64,000 nucleotides of DNA from Kondoa subrosea (GCA_039545335.1 BCIN01000007.1:558001-622000); one strand, 5' to 3'; numbered from the stretch's first letter, positions 28,184 to 41,872 are shown. The notes: a model not told the origin generated them from the sequence alone. Program-made: numbers and translations.

Positions 28184-28468
28184 TTCAAAATGCGGAGTTC
28201 CGCGAAACAGAGTCATTTTGGCTATTCTTGGGTAATCAGCGAGCATATGCATACAAGGGAAAAAGAATCAACGGTTTTGATGCCCTGAGGACCTTTCAGT
28301 GCGCCTTGCACATGACGCTCTTCCCGACTTCCGACTAAATGATAAGTGTCGCTATTTTCGCCCGAATTTCCAGGAAGCACGTTTCTTTTCCTGTCCCAGC
28401 GAGTTCACATATGTAGCTCGTACTTTGAGTCTGTCTTCAAGCATACAGTACACTGAAGACAGCTCAAT

Positions 28469-31400
28469 ATGGTCTTGCGAGCATTGGCGGCTCGAAGCCT
28501 CAAGCCAGTCATTCACAACAAGCCAATCAATTACTCTGCACTGCCTAGCAATGTTTCAAGAGCCTTCAGCACACGACAAGCTTTCTCTAAGACAGTCAAT
28601 CCTATCCGTCGCTTAGCTTCATGGTTTCATAAGCCGCCTGCCTACGCTTCAAATGTCTCAAAAGGCACTTCTCGTTTTTGTTCTTCCTCTTCTCCCTTCA
28701 AACGATGTTTCTCTTCTTCCTCTTCTTCTTCTCACCCGCAAAGAGCTATCCCAGACTTCGCAACCGGAAGGTTAAAAGACTTTCAGCGTCATTTCGGTTG
28801 GTGTAACAAACGAAGGAAGAAGACTACGCGTCAGTTTTTACGTGGGGCGCAAGCTTCAAGACATCGGAGACGTATGCTCTATTGCAGACACAAGCACTGG
28901 AAACTTCGAGCTTTGGCAAACTTGTGGTTGAGAAAACCAGATAATTGCAGACCTTGGATGTGGCATGAATATCTAGCCAAATACCGTTTGCCAATTCGAA
29001 AACGTTTAGAGATTGCATCGGAGAACACGACCGCTTTTCGACCTTTCGCTCGATCGCAAATTCCTCGAGTAGAGCCTTTTCAATCGGGGTCTCAAGCTTC
29101 AAATAGCATTTACTCTCATCTCAGAAGTCGACACAAACGCGGTACCTTTTCATCCATCTTTTGGTCCTCTCGTCCGAGGTCAGGTTGGCAAGAAAATAGA
29201 CATCGAGCTCGATATCGCGGCAACGGTGGTTACCCAGCTTGGCAAGCTTATTTAGTTTCGAGATTCGCTATTCTTGGTATGAATCGTCTTCATGGCCTGT
29301 ATTGTCCGCACAAAGGTCTATATCGAAGATGGTAAGCCAAACATTCGCCTCCCGAGCTTCCCTGATACGTATCAATGATGTTAGTGCAAGAGCAGCTTTA
29401 GCTCGCCATGTACCTCAACCTTCTGACTCGGTCTCCAAAAACCATCATCCTCGTTCTTACACCTTAGCACCTCGCGCTCTGACTCAGGATCCTGGCGGCA
29501 ATTATTCTCAACATTCCGCGGATCAACAAGTATACGCTCATCAAGCTTGCCAAACATCATTGACGAGTGCTTGCCTCAATGGCGCTCATTCGCTTTACTG
29601 TCCACACTCTGGTCGAAAAGGACATTTCACAAGAGCTGCCTTGGATCGATTTGGTTTCAATACTTCTTCCTTCGCAACTTCGAACGCCAGAACGTTCTCT
29701 AGCACTGCTTGGTCATCTGCGGAAGGCGCGAATCTCTTACCTTGGGTGCATAAAGCGCATGAACACAATTTCACGGAGGCCAGCGAGAAGGAGAAGTTTA
29801 TAACTCCCCGGAAATGCTGCGGTAAGGTCAAAACCACCCAGTCGCATAAATTGAACTGATAGATCCTGTCTGCAGACGAACTTTTGCGAACTTATCAAGC
29901 TAGCAAAGTCTGTCATCATTTCACTTGCACAACACCCGGTGTCTGCCATAAAGCTTCGAAGACTGCATCCTACCGACTGAAGACTGTGTCCAAAAGTACT
30001 GCAAATGCTACTCTCCTATCCTCTTCAAACTCAAGATCGGTACGCCAAGCAGTAAGAGTTCAACCCGCCAAAAGCACTGGTATCTTCGCTCGTGCTTTCT
30101 CCTCCACTCGAGCTGCTAAAGGCATCCACTTTCTACTCGATGCTAAACCAGCTTTGCACGCTTTCCTTTCTTCGCCTCATATTCTAGACAAAGTAACCAC
30201 TTTGGCTAGAATTCTACTCTCCCTCTTCCCTTTCAGTCTTCGTTCCCGGTGGCTTAATCTTAGAGGTGATGCATCAGCTCATCTCTTCAATCGAAGCACT
30301 TTTGTTTGGTCTCTTTTGCTAGTACCAATCACAATGCTGGTCGGTGTTCTAGCTGCAAACGTTTCGCGCACGCCAATCAGTGGAAGACCAAGATTACTCC
30401 TGATGGATCGGCAATTGGAAGAATCGATAGTGGATCACTTTTATGGAGCTGGAATTACAAGTTCACCATCTTTCGTTCAATGGTATGCAATTCTTAGACA
30501 ATTGTTTGGCGAAGAAGGAAAGGCAGCCAAAGGAACTTTATTAGGCGCGAATGTGATCAGTCCGAGAGATTTCAGGCAACAGTGGGCTGAAGGTGTAGTG
30601 AGAGCTCTGGAAGGCAATTTGAGCAAGATCAATCAAGAACAAGAAATTGGTGGATTTGCTATCCCCGCGAATCTTTATCCTTTACCTTGTTCTTCAAATC
30701 CACTTCACTATACTGTTCTTCTGATTGATCGACCTGAAGTCAATGCTTTCTCTTTTGGTTGGCCTCCCGGCACTACAATTCCCGAAGGCGCAACTCCTGG
30801 TGTTGTAGTTGTCTTCACTGGCCTATTGGACAGCATTCTCAAAAATGACCAAGCTACTCAATCTCGAATTGAAGTTGCGAGTCAACCGGATCCTTCAGTC
30901 ATGCAGAAATTCTTGCGAGCTATGTCAGGCAGCAATCCTTCTTCTCCCTCTTCACCTGCTCAGCATATGCCCACGCCAGAGCAAACCAGACAATTAGCTG
31001 TTCTACTTTCACATGAGCTGTCCCATCTGCTTCTAGGTCATGTGAGTGAAGACCTGTTTGAGCAAAATTCAGTGCTTAGTGCATATCTTGCTTACAGACT
31101 TTGGAAGCTTACGCCAACAAGAATCTTGTCTTTCCTAAGATCCGATCTATGGCAGTAGACGGTAAGTCTGCCTTACCGTGTCAACAAGCTTTCCTTATTT
31201 CTGTTGAAGTCATTCGCACAATCGCTTGGCCAATGACTGCTCTTCTAGGCCCATTTGTTTCAGATGGTATCAGCAGTGCAACGAAGCAACTCGTGCTTCC
31301 ACCTTCTTCACCTGAAAGCGATACCGAAGTCTGGTTAGAAGATTTGCGAGCGAGCGCTTTCAGTCGAAAAATGGAATTGGAAGCCGATGTTGTTGGGTTG

Positions 31401-31658
31401 AGATTACTGGCCAACGCTGGCATAAGTCCCAGTGAAGCTTTGAAATTTTGGAAACGTCGCTGCGCGGAAGATACAAGCGCCAATGGACAAAGTGTTCATC
31501 ATCATTCTCATCATATTGGTTGCTATGCCTTAAGTGGGAAACAAGATACTGGATCAAGTCATCCGGACAACATGACTAGGTTGCAAGCGGTTGAAGAAGT
31601 ACTGTCGAGTTGGAGCGGATCTGGAAAAGGGAAAAGCTGGCTTTCTGCCTTTGTGTAA
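28469..31658 (+). CDS. Peptidase M48 (OMA1-like) with a very long basic N-terminal extension
   Basis: Introns at about 29332-29384 and 29822-29875 join three ORFs in frame. TM helix followed by TPISGRPRLLL, VNAFSFG, VVVFTGLL, LAVLLSHELSH (HExxH), FSRKMELEADVVG, SSHP. Confidence 0.85.
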
Positions 31659-31822
31659 ATCAAAACCTTAGACCGCTTTGTGTAAATCATCTTTTCTTGT
31701 ATATGCAATACTATGGGTTTCTTTGGGTTGAATGAAAGGATGGAGTGAAGAATGACATGGTTTTTTTCGCATTCAAAGTAACTCGCTTTGCCTGTACTAC
31801 AACCCTGTCCTGCCTACAACGC

Positions 31823-32596
31823 TCAGTGATGGTGACCTTCTCCTTCTGGTGGGCTATATAGAATCTCTATTAGTACTGGATGAGCCAACGGAAGTCTGAA
31901 GCTGACCCGAGGCTAAAGAAAGTGAATGAACTTCAGCTTGGAATATCAGTGTATACGAGAAAGCTCACTATTCGCAGCCATAGGCTTGAGAGAGATATCA
32001 GTGGCTCGTTCGTTGTGCAAAGGAGCAGAAGGGTACTTACCACATCCACACTCTGGGCATCTGGTCGGCTTTTCCTTGTGTACTTTGAAGTAACTGTTTG
32101 AAGTATGAGTTATATTCTCATCTGTTGCGTCCGGCATACAGGGTGTCATGCGAGTCGACAGGGAATCCAGTGCATCCAACGATACGGTATGTGTCCTGTT
32201 TATGTCAAGTCTTTGACAACCGCTCGAGATTAAAAGCATAGCCCGAGACGAACGAGACTCTTGACCATGACAGGTTTCTTGAGTGTGCCCATGTATTCAG
32301 GGACTAGGGGAGCCATAAAGAAAGGATCTTCGCCTTGCAATTTGGCCAACAATTCCATTCGTTCTAGACCAGTCGCTTGTTCCAAGTCGGTAGGTACTGT
32401 TCCAGGTGCAGCTCCCTTTCCAATCAACTGAGGTGGTCCTGCACAATGACTACCTTGAGTACTCCTTCACCTTGTTTGAAGTTTAGATTTGGCACAAACC
32501 TGCTCCCGCGCGCTTTGCAGCGGCAACAGAGAAAGCCCTAGTGGGTTGCTGCTGTGCTAGTCGAGCTACTGGTCGCAATAAGGCTCTCGAAATCAT
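31823..32596 (-). CDS. COX4: Cytochrome c oxidase subunit 4 (yeast Cox4 / mammalian Vb)
   Basis: Presequence MISRALLRPVARL..RAFS, then GTVPTDLEQATGLERMELL, RIVGCTG, RCPECG zinc site. Confidence 0.95.
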
Positions 32597-32770
32597 CTTT
32601 AGCTTTGGTTGTTGGTATCGCCAACTCTCAAGCCAGTCTTCGGTGAGACGCGGAGATAAGACCGACTCGTTAAGGTGAAAGCAGGTGAAAGAGATGCAAG
32701 TCCAAGAAGCCCTATCTCATCATATTACACTGTATTACAAGCTTTGAGCTTTGGAAGGAAGAGACGAATT

Positions 32771-34418
32771 TTACTGTTCTTCCAGCATCCAATCCGGCTT
32801 TGTCTCTGCTACCTTGTCCTCTAGCGATTCCACTCTCTGCGAAATATAAGGCTCAGCATCAGCTATCGGGTGATGCACTTGACTGACCTCTGCCATCACT
32901 CCCAAGACTTCATCCACTTCCACGTTCTGTAATCCCCGTAACGTAACTTTCTTCCATTGACCCGCTGCACCATCTTCTTGTAAGTTGGAGAAGCGTTCAT
33001 GCTCGTCTGTAGCTTTCTTCAATTCCCATAACGCATCAATATGACTACGATTGTCGGCATGCGTTTCAGAATATCGCATAAAGCGCTTGTCTTTGGTAAA
33101 GTCAAGTGAGAGATCTTTAGTAATAGAGGCCATCTTCGAACGATTTTGTTCCGTTACTGTCATTTAGAGAAATGAGCATTACAGATTAGAGAACATACAT
33201 AGGATTCGACTAACATCCTATTGCTTTGCTCAAGGCAGTCATTGTAGTGAAAGAAGCCATTCCGTTCCCGCTACCTATCTGCAACAATCTTGGTATACAG
33301 TGTCTGTAATGGTGTGCAGAAGCGCTCACCTCTACTGTAGGTACATCCGGCCGTTTCGTAGCATCTCTCCATTGTTTTTCTGCTGTATCATAGATGGCCC
33401 ATCTTCCGGGTCTCATAGTCCCAAGAAAGTTGATCCAATTGTAACTACCCTCCAAAGTCAGCAACTTCGACTTCGACCAATCCAAGAGTCTCAAATTTAC
33501 CATGCTATAGTATAAAGTTGAGTTCCTTCCTTCCCCTCTTGTTCAACTTCAAAATCCATCAAGTGTATAGGTTGATAGATCGGGTAAACAGCTAGACATT
33601 GGGCTTGAATGGTTCTTGGTAAGATCACTCCATCTGAAGTCAAGCCTGGATCCGGTATGATTTGATCACTAGCATCGATGATCTTCTTTGGTAACGTTCG
33701 AGCGTATTCGAGGAGTTTGAGAGGAGATTGAGCTGTTCCATATTAAACAAACGTGCAAGCGTTACAGACATGAACTGACTGTAGGGGAGGATTGTAATTT
33801 CGTCTCCACTGGGAGTCTCGGAGTGTATAGCTGGATCGAACGGTTCTAGCGATTCTAGCTTTCCTAGCTGGTCTAGGTGTCTGGTACCGCTGATCAGAGA
33901 TTGAATCTCAATACAAAGCAAGAAGACATACTCTGGCATGAAGCCGTAATCGGATAACGGAGCAAATTCGAAACCAGAAAGATAGCCTCCTTTGATACGA
34001 AGAGGAACAGCAGCTTGAGAACGACTCGATTCGCTAATTCAAGCAGGTCAGCCAAACCAAGTTACTTGACAGATGACTGAGCAGGAGCGTACGCGCAACG
34101 AACAGTAGCGATTCCGTCGTACAGATATGTAGGTAGATATAGAGCCTTGATGTTGGTACACTTCATCTGGATCTTGTTTCTCATAAAAGGCAACAAAGCT
34201 TGAAGCATGAAGTTCCACCTCGACGAAGACAGGAATCGTCGCACAATCATCTCTGTGTGCTGGATCAACGTTGGGTTATCCATATCACAGAAAGGTAGAG
34301 CTTCTATGGGCTGCTTGATGGCTCCAGCAGCTGAATAGCAACGCGCCCAAGTAATGCGTTCATAGCGTCTTTGGACAGCACGAGATCGCAATAGACTGCT
34401 TCTGGATTGGAGCAGCAT
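32771..34418 (-). CDS. Hypothetical, probably mitochondrial protein (tandem paralog A)
   Basis: Arg-rich presequence ending WARCYS. Shares EALPF, YLPxY, YPIY, MRYSET and C-terminal KPDW with the neighbouring gene. Confidence 0.75.
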
Positions 34419-34675
34419 CTTGAAGATTGGAGAGATTCGAGCAGATACAGATAGTAAGCATCGCGTTATCGCATGATTGGCCCGCGGTATCGGGACAAAA
34501 GATGCATTTCTTAAAAGGAAGCAGTCTTGCTATAACTGACCAGCTTCGTGTAATACATGTACTGACGGATCGATAGAATTATTTCGCCCATTTCAATTTG
34601 CAAAGCCCGCTCTGCTTACACCAATATAAAGTTCTTACGTAATCACATCTTCCCTGCTATACCTCACTTGTAAGC

Positions 34676-36258
34676 TCAAATCCAATCTGGCTTCAACCGT
34701 GCTTGTTTCTCAAGAAGTCCTTCAATACACTGCGTATAACAAGAAAATCAGGTCATTTCCTTCCACTTATGGTCAGAAGTGAGAAAGAACATACAGTAGT
34801 CATAGTCTTGATCATCTCGGCCGTATCAAGCGGTACAAAACCTTTCAACTCCATTTGCATAGTTTTGGCTAAACTGTACTGTGCGTCCAATCGTTCATAC
34901 ATTGCTAAAGTATCTTGAGCTTGTCTTAGATCCCAAAGCACTTGCACGTATTCTCTGTTTTGACGCGCTGTTTCTGAATATCGCATGTATAACGCACGAG
35001 AGGATGAAGGTAGATTAGATATGTTAAAAGAAGGATCTTTGGTGATGGATTGAATTCGGGATCGATCTTTCTCCAGATCTGTGATATATAGATTAGCGAT
35101 TCAGCCAGCCTGAACATCAGCGAGAGCTCACCTTGTATTGATTTACCCATCTTAGCTAGAGCAGGTACAGATTTGACTTCTGGGCCAAGAAATACTCCAA
35201 CCTGATAGATACGTCAGCTCTTGCATCGGAGGCCATGATAAAGTTTCGAGATTACCTCGATAGGTGTCGCAACAGGCTTGGATGCTTTTGCACCCAACTC
35301 AAACCACTCAGTATTGTCTCCTAGTGGATCATAAATGGCATAAACGCCAGGAATATGTAAGCCAAAGCGAAAGTAGTTGAATCTAATCCGAGCATTAAAC
35401 TAATTGGAAGAGGTGGCTTTAAGACTCAGCCTACGCTGCAACTGTAATTTGCCTTGTCTCGAACCCTTCTTCCTCGACTTGGTATTCAACCATCCAAACC
35501 GGGACGTAAATAGGGTAAATCGCACAGTGCTGAACTTGGATAGATTTAGGTTTGAGCACTCCAGCTCCACCCATAGTAGCTAGCAACCATGGTCTATCAG
35601 CTACTGAATCAGGTGTATCCAGTTTGGTTTCTTTTATTGTTCGAGCATAATCGAGTAGTTTCGTAGGGTTTTGCGTAAATGGGAGAACAGTGATTTCTTC
35701 TCCATCAGAAGTATGAGAATGACTTTCCGGGTCATAGGGCTGTAGATCTTCGTGATTGCTAATCTTGAATAAGCGAAACTAAGGTCTTTGCAAGAAAAGC
35801 TTACCTCGGTTGAAAAGGATAATTCGACAAGGGTTTGTAGTCGAAGCCAGAAACATAAGCTCCTTCTGCTCTTATAGGTATGGAAGTCGTTCTTGTGCCA
35901 TTGCTTCATCGGAGCTCAGCTTTGAGATCGCTCTATTCAGCAGTGCCACGCACACAGAATCGATAGTTGCAAAAACATCAACAGAATATATAGGCAAGTA
36001 GAAAGGTTTCGCAGATTGACATTCCAGTACAGGCTGATTCGTTTGATTCGGTAAGAGTGCCCAACTCAATTGACGAATCCGTCCACCTTCACCAGCTAAG
36101 TATCGAAGAACAGCTATCCTTGCAGTGTGTATGATCTCTTGTGCTGTTCCTCTGAATGGCAGGGCCTCAACGGCACTCGATAATGGTCGAGTTTGACAGC
36201 AATGCTTTGGAGATCTTCCAGCGAAAGACCAGAGACGCATTCCATTCGAGCGTAGCAT
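34676..36258 (-). CDS. Hypothetical, probably mitochondrial protein (tandem paralog B)
   Basis: Presequence-like N-terminus (..RPLSS), then EALPF, PFYLPIY, AIYPIY, MRYSET, LKPDWI*. Confidence 0.75.
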
Positions 36259-37009
36259 GATACTGTCAGTTATAGCGTGTCCAGACTTGCTGAAGGCAGC
36301 ATTGCAGAGGGGTCACAGGTCGTGCAAGCAAGAAAACCGCGCGGTCGTCGAGATACAGCGAACTCTATTACTCGGCGCCTGAGAATCTATCTACTTGTGT
36401 CCGTTAGTCTTCTGACTGCTATTCTGTTACTGTGTATTGCTCCAAGCGCCGACCGCAAAAGCAGTCTAGATTTCGTGCAGACTTGATATGTATCATTTTC
36501 GTGAAAGTGAGCAGCTTGGGACACGCTTCTCGATATGCCAAGTGGTGCTACGGATCATTGAAATCACGTTGCAGCGTTTCAGAACCGTCTGCTTCCCGTT
36601 CTGCTTGAACTAATCTCTTCTAAACGCATGTGTAAGGTGCTTGCGCTTTCCTGTTCTCAATCGACCCCTTGACTGTGCCTCTTTCCGCGCTTGTGCGCCG
36701 AAAGACCTCTCTGACATGCATCGCAATTACTTGCACTGCTGTTCACTCATCTCATTTTCGAACAGAAGCATCTTTCCGATCTTGGACCTCTGAATACCAC
36801 TCTACCATGTGATGTGTGCATCGGTTTTGATCAAAGGCTATATAGCTATCCGAACCACCTGATCGCCCAAGCAAAAGTTTCTCTTGGCTTGGCAAATCCG
36901 GAGCCTTTATGAGGTGGCCCGCAATGGACGCTCCTTTGGACACGCTTTCTCTTTCTCTCTTCCTCTTTGCTCTCTTTCCTGTATCCAAGACGTTCTTGAT
37001 ACTAAAACA

Positions 37010-39325
37010 ATGGCGTACAAGCAAGAAGAATATGGAAGCGATGCTTTGGAGAAGGGGTCCTCAGAGAACTTGGAGCACGCTACCAATCCAGCTGCAGACT
37101 ACCCAAACAAAGTGAGCTCCCCAGTGTTTGATGTTCGGAGAAAAAAACTGAATGTGAATAGGGCTCTGATCTCGAGAAGCGCATGTTGCGTCGAATTGAT
37201 TTACGATTGATTCCAGCTCTTGGGTAAGTCTTTCACTACGGAGAATACTTATAGTGGCTCATCAAAGGTCTACAGCTTCATGTACGCGTGCAGTTTGATC
37301 GATCGAACTAATCTGGTGAGAATTGCGTCTTGTGCGTAAGGACGAAACTAACTCGTACGTAGCCAAATGCAAGGCTCTCTGGCATGGACAAGGCGCTTGG
37401 AACCAATATCGGGATTCGCTACACTTTATGTGTCACGTTTTTCTTCATTGTGAGTTAATTATGTCTACTTGGTGTTGTGGGCTGACATAAATCATGAACA
37501 GCCCTATATTCTGGTAGAGATACCTGCAAACTCGTTATTCAAGAAATCTGGCATTAGACCGAGGCTGTGGCTCCCTACTGCAACTCTTTTGTTCGGTATT
37601 ATGATGGTTTGCCATGCTTTCAGTCGTGAGTTCGCCTGTGATCTCTCAGATTCGAGCATAGCTGATATGCGATTCTCTTCTGCAGCCAATTGGCAGACTC
37701 TCGCTGGACTGAGATGGCCTCTGGGAGCATTTGAAGGAGTTCTCTTCCCGGGCAGTATCCTTTTAATTTCTTCCTGGTATCCAAGATGTAAGCTTTGCGA
37801 GTTGCGGGATGATTTTTGTTGACTTTGCCCTGCAGACGAGGTACAGAAGCGTATTTCAACGTTCTACCTTATGGGAGCATCAGTCTCAGGTATGTCGAAA
37901 TTTACTTGAACAGCAATTATATCCTCAATTCTGACTTTGTTCACTACCAATAGGCTTTGGAAACATTATGTACGGCAAGAGCATCTTTTGAGATCAGTTC
38001 TAAGCGCTCATCTTGCAATTTTTCAGTGCATATGCCTTTTCTCTCATGGCTGGACTTCAAGGTCGACCAGGCTATGAATGGATTTTGTTCGTCCTGCTAT
38101 TCACTATCCTGACCATCGTCTAATTGGCTTGCAACAGCATCATGATGGGAATACTCACAATCCTTAGCGCTCTCATTGGCTACATTCTTGTACCAAACTT
38201 CCCTGGCCAGGCTTCTTTCCTTACGCCCGTCGAGAAACAGCTGGTACACGAGTGAGCAGCGCGCTGCGGCACTGTGAAAGCAAGCTAAAGCTCTTTCTAG
38301 TCGCATTACTGCTGATCGACACGATTTCGAAGACGAGAAACTCACTGTTGGTGCGGTGCTCAAGAATCTGGCCAACCTTCGCATTTGGGCAAACGGTCTT
38401 CTCTTCTGCCTCAGCACTCTTCCTGCATATGCCTTTTCCTACTTTTTGGCTCTTATTCTGTAAGTCGTGAATCTTTGTACACCAATCCACACTGGCTCAC
38501 TTGGAGCAGCCGTCAATTCGGTTACAGCGTCAGAGACTCTCAACTCCTATCTGCTCCAGTATATCTTCTCTTCCTGCCATTTTGAGCATCGCCTGAATGC
38601 GTTGTCCACAGCCCTATATCGCCTCTGTCATTGGCGGACTTGTTGTTGCCTACTTCGCAGACAGAGCCAGAAAACGTGGACCTTTCATCATCGGTGGTGC
38701 TTTAACCTCGATGACTGGTTCTTGCATTTTGGCTTTCACCAAACCAGCCGGTGTTCGATACTTCGGTGCTTTCTTGGCTATCATGGGATGTCAATCAAAC
38801 ATCCCAACTGTTATGGCTTGGTCACAGAACAACATTCGTGGATCTACAGCCAGAGCAGTCAACTCGGCCGTTGTTGTAGCAGGGTTCGTCTTGAATGTTC
38901 TCCCTCGTTGACTGACCGCTCATCCTTAAATAAAAGCGGGGGGATAGGTAAGTCAAAAGCCTCCTCAGTAGCAACTTCTGTTCGCTCATGTTTACGCTTT
39001 TTGACTGCCACAGGTGGTATAATCGCCTCAGTGGCGTTCCGGAGTCAGGACGCCAAAACTGGCTATCGACCAGGATTGTGGACAACTATTTCATCTGTTC
39101 GCTCATTTTCCCATTAATCATCTCATCCCGCTGATAAAATCCTGCACAGCAAATCGTCATTGTTGTCGTTACTCTGGCTCTTATGATCTACTACAAAGCT
39201 CAGAACAGGCAAGCTCAATCTCAAGGCAAAGTCTTGCAAGGTCAACCAGGTTAGTGTTTAATTATTTTACGCTATGTATGACTTGCTTATACGTCATATC
39301 ACCAGGCTTCTTGTACACTTTGTAG
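37010..39325 (+). CDS. MFS transporter, anion:cation symporter (Dal5/Tna1-like) family
   Basis: RIDLRLIP, SLIDRTNL.NARLSGM, ILVEIPAN, GAFEGVLFPG, SWYPRxEVQKR, ADRARKRGP, FRSQDA, C-terminal GFLYTL*. Confidence 0.9.
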
Positions 39326-39778
39326 ATCTCACGCATCGCTGAATGCAAAGTCGATTTGGGTTACACGAGGTACTTGTTGTTGATTACGAACGATGTCAAT
39401 GAATCTATGTGATAGTTGTCTGTGCTTGCTTGCTGTGCTTTCCTTCTCCTGCTATTATCGCCATTCCGTCTGTGTCGTGTTCCGCATTCACTTTGAAACC
39501 AGAGTCAAAGGCAAAGTCATGTGCAAAGTCTATGTCAAGGAATAGAAATTGCAAGGTTTACACAAAAGGGTACTGAATACTGCTATATACTAACGAAGAG
39601 AACTCATATATGTAAGGGCTATCACAAAGTTCAAAAAAGGGTTACTGCTTGCTTGATATATATACCTCCAAAAAGAAAACTGCTCATACGCCTTGCCTTC
39701 TCCTCCTAACCCCTGCATCCAAGTTCTATCCATAAATCATCTACATATCAAAGCCAATGCAATAGCGCACAAAGGCTA

Positions 39779-41407
39779 TCATCTTCTTCGAGAAGTAGAA
39801 GGTCGATGTTCCTCTTCCTCATCGTCGTAATCATCTTGCTGAGCTCTAGTCCTTCGTTTAGGTTTGGCTGCGGAGGTCGCACGTTTCCTGTTAGAGGTCT
39901 TTGGTCTAATGCGCTGTACATGATCAATGTATCATAAGCATTTGCAGATGCTGAAAGAGGGATGATCACTTACACCGAGAGTATTTGGTTGACCACGAAT
40001 GAAATCAGCGTGCACTACATACAACTATTAGTCTCACACTAAAAGAAGGCGGAGGAATGACTGACTGAAACCAGAAGGAGGAACGGAAGAAGGTTCGAAT
40101 TGCTGAACGGCAGCGGGAGCGGAAAGGCAACCTTCAGGTGTAGCTGGAGGAGTAGAATCTTCAAGCATTTCCAAGTGCGAAATACGTTGGAAGCCATCTG
40201 TGTGTGATCAATCAACCCTTTCGTCAATGCATATCCACAAGCATGACCAAGAGACATTACTCACATAAGTTCAGCTGACGAACGAAAGAAGCGACATTGG
40301 AATGCTTAAACAATCGTGAAAGTACTGTAAGTATCCCGAAGCCAGTCAGCATAGATTCCTGCGGAGATATCGGAATGCTCACCTTCCGTTGCAAATTCAG
40401 GAGTTGGGAAGAAGATGAATGAGTCTCCAGCTTCGTTCCAGCCTATGATGATCTGTTGGCTGAAAGTAATGCAAGGATGAGAGGGAAGACATACGAATGT
40501 ATTTGGCGTATTCTGTTCGGTCGAGCAAGAACCAGAGTCTATGTTTCTCACTTATCAGCGCCATTCTATGCAAAGCATCGATTCGCTTACTTGGCTACAA
40601 AATCGGTGCACCTATCACCGCAAAGAGTTAGCATCTATATTAAAGCGATTGTATTGAGTGAAATCACCTCAAATTGGCCTCCGGTTCTTGATTCGGCGCT
40701 GCTAGTTGCAAATTCGAAGGAAGTTGAACAGGTGGTAAAGGCGAAAGTCTTCTAGCAGCCGACATTTTGCCTCCAGGACTTCTACTAGCTTGATCAGGTG
40801 AAGCTAAGTAAGAATGTTGTGGTTGAGGCGAATAAGCAGCAGCAGCTGAAGCCCTTTGTTGCTGTTCTTCGTTTGGTGATGGAGAACGCCAACCAGTTTC
40901 AGTTGGAGCAGAATGAGGTCCTCTAAGAGTATAATGCGTCAGCATAATGTATTGCGAAATCATGCGTGGTTGGAGCTTACGAGAAAGCACTAGGTAACAA
41001 ACCAAAGACCTGTTCTGGAGAAGCGTTGTATTGAGGAGCTTGTTGATGCTGATGCTGCTGATGAAGGGGTGGTTGAGCTTGTGAGAGAAAGGATGAGCTG
41101 CGCGACAGAAGAAAGGAAGGAAGGTCAGTGCTGTGCGTCGTGGCAAAGTAGTGCACGGACGTGCGAGCGATGAAACTTACGGGATAGGGTTGTGATTGGG
41201 CCTCATCATCTGATAGTTGTCGTAAGAGCCGTAGCTGTAGTTGTTGTGAAAGCCGCCAGGGCTGTGAGAGTTGAGCGGAGGCAAAGAGTAAAGGACAGGT
41301 TGAGTAAGCTGTCGAGGAATAGAGGCGGCAGCCGGAGGAGGGCTTGGACTGTACTGCTGAGCTGGTAGAGCGTTAGAGGTAGACGCGGGAGAATCAAGAG
41401 AGGCCAT
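39779..41407 (-). CDS. HSF-type DNA-binding domain protein, copy 1
   Basis: Pro/Ser-rich N-terminus, then FVAKLWFLL, WNEAGDSF, LFKHSNVASFVRQLNLYGFQR, FMHADFIRGQP and a short basic/acidic tail. Confidence 0.9.
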
Positions 41408-41671
41408 TATGTTAGAAAAGAAGCACACGAGGCAATGGTGTTAGAACAAGAGTGCGAAATAAATTTAATGAGAAGTGAAGGCAAGGTTGCTAAACACAAC
41501 AAAGCTCAGGTGAACAGCACTGAGAGAAACAGTCTTCTGACTTATCAATACGCTGAGATGAAAACAGAATTCAGAGTATTTCTTCGGAAAAGCATGGTAG
41601 GATGAAAACAGAAGAAGAACGAAGTCAGACCTATACTGTTGAGCGTGAAGCACAATACTGCAATGTACTAC

Positions 41672-41872
41672 AGTAGATTTGGCACAAATCTGCTGTTGCG
41701 CGCTTCACAGCGGCAACAGAGAAAGCTCTGGAAGGTTGCTGCTGCGATAGTCGAGCCATACTGCATGCAACAAGGCTCTCGGAATCATCTTCAGCTTTGG
41801 TTGTCAACGTTGCTCTCGCTTTATTTCTACTGCAGGCTTCGATAAGACAAAAGACACGGAAATAAGATCGAT
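41672..41872 (-). pseudogene. Decayed copy of the COX4 upstream region, 5'UTR and exon 1
   Basis: Collinear DNA similarity to about 32481..32670 (tagatttggcacaaa, cagcggcaacagagaaagc, aaggctctc.aatcatct, agctttggttgt). It has a 2-nt insertion frameshift and a donor GT changed to AT. Confidence 0.88.

Noticed and set aside
31649..31689. 14-bp direct repeat CTTTGTGTAAATCA at the OMA1-like stop
   Set aside because: Only two copies of a small local duplication, with no sign of a mobile element.
36277..37000. Possible TPP riboswitch or other ncRNA in the long leader of the MFS transporter
   Set aside because: CTGAGA is present, but the other conserved TPP aptamer elements are absent.
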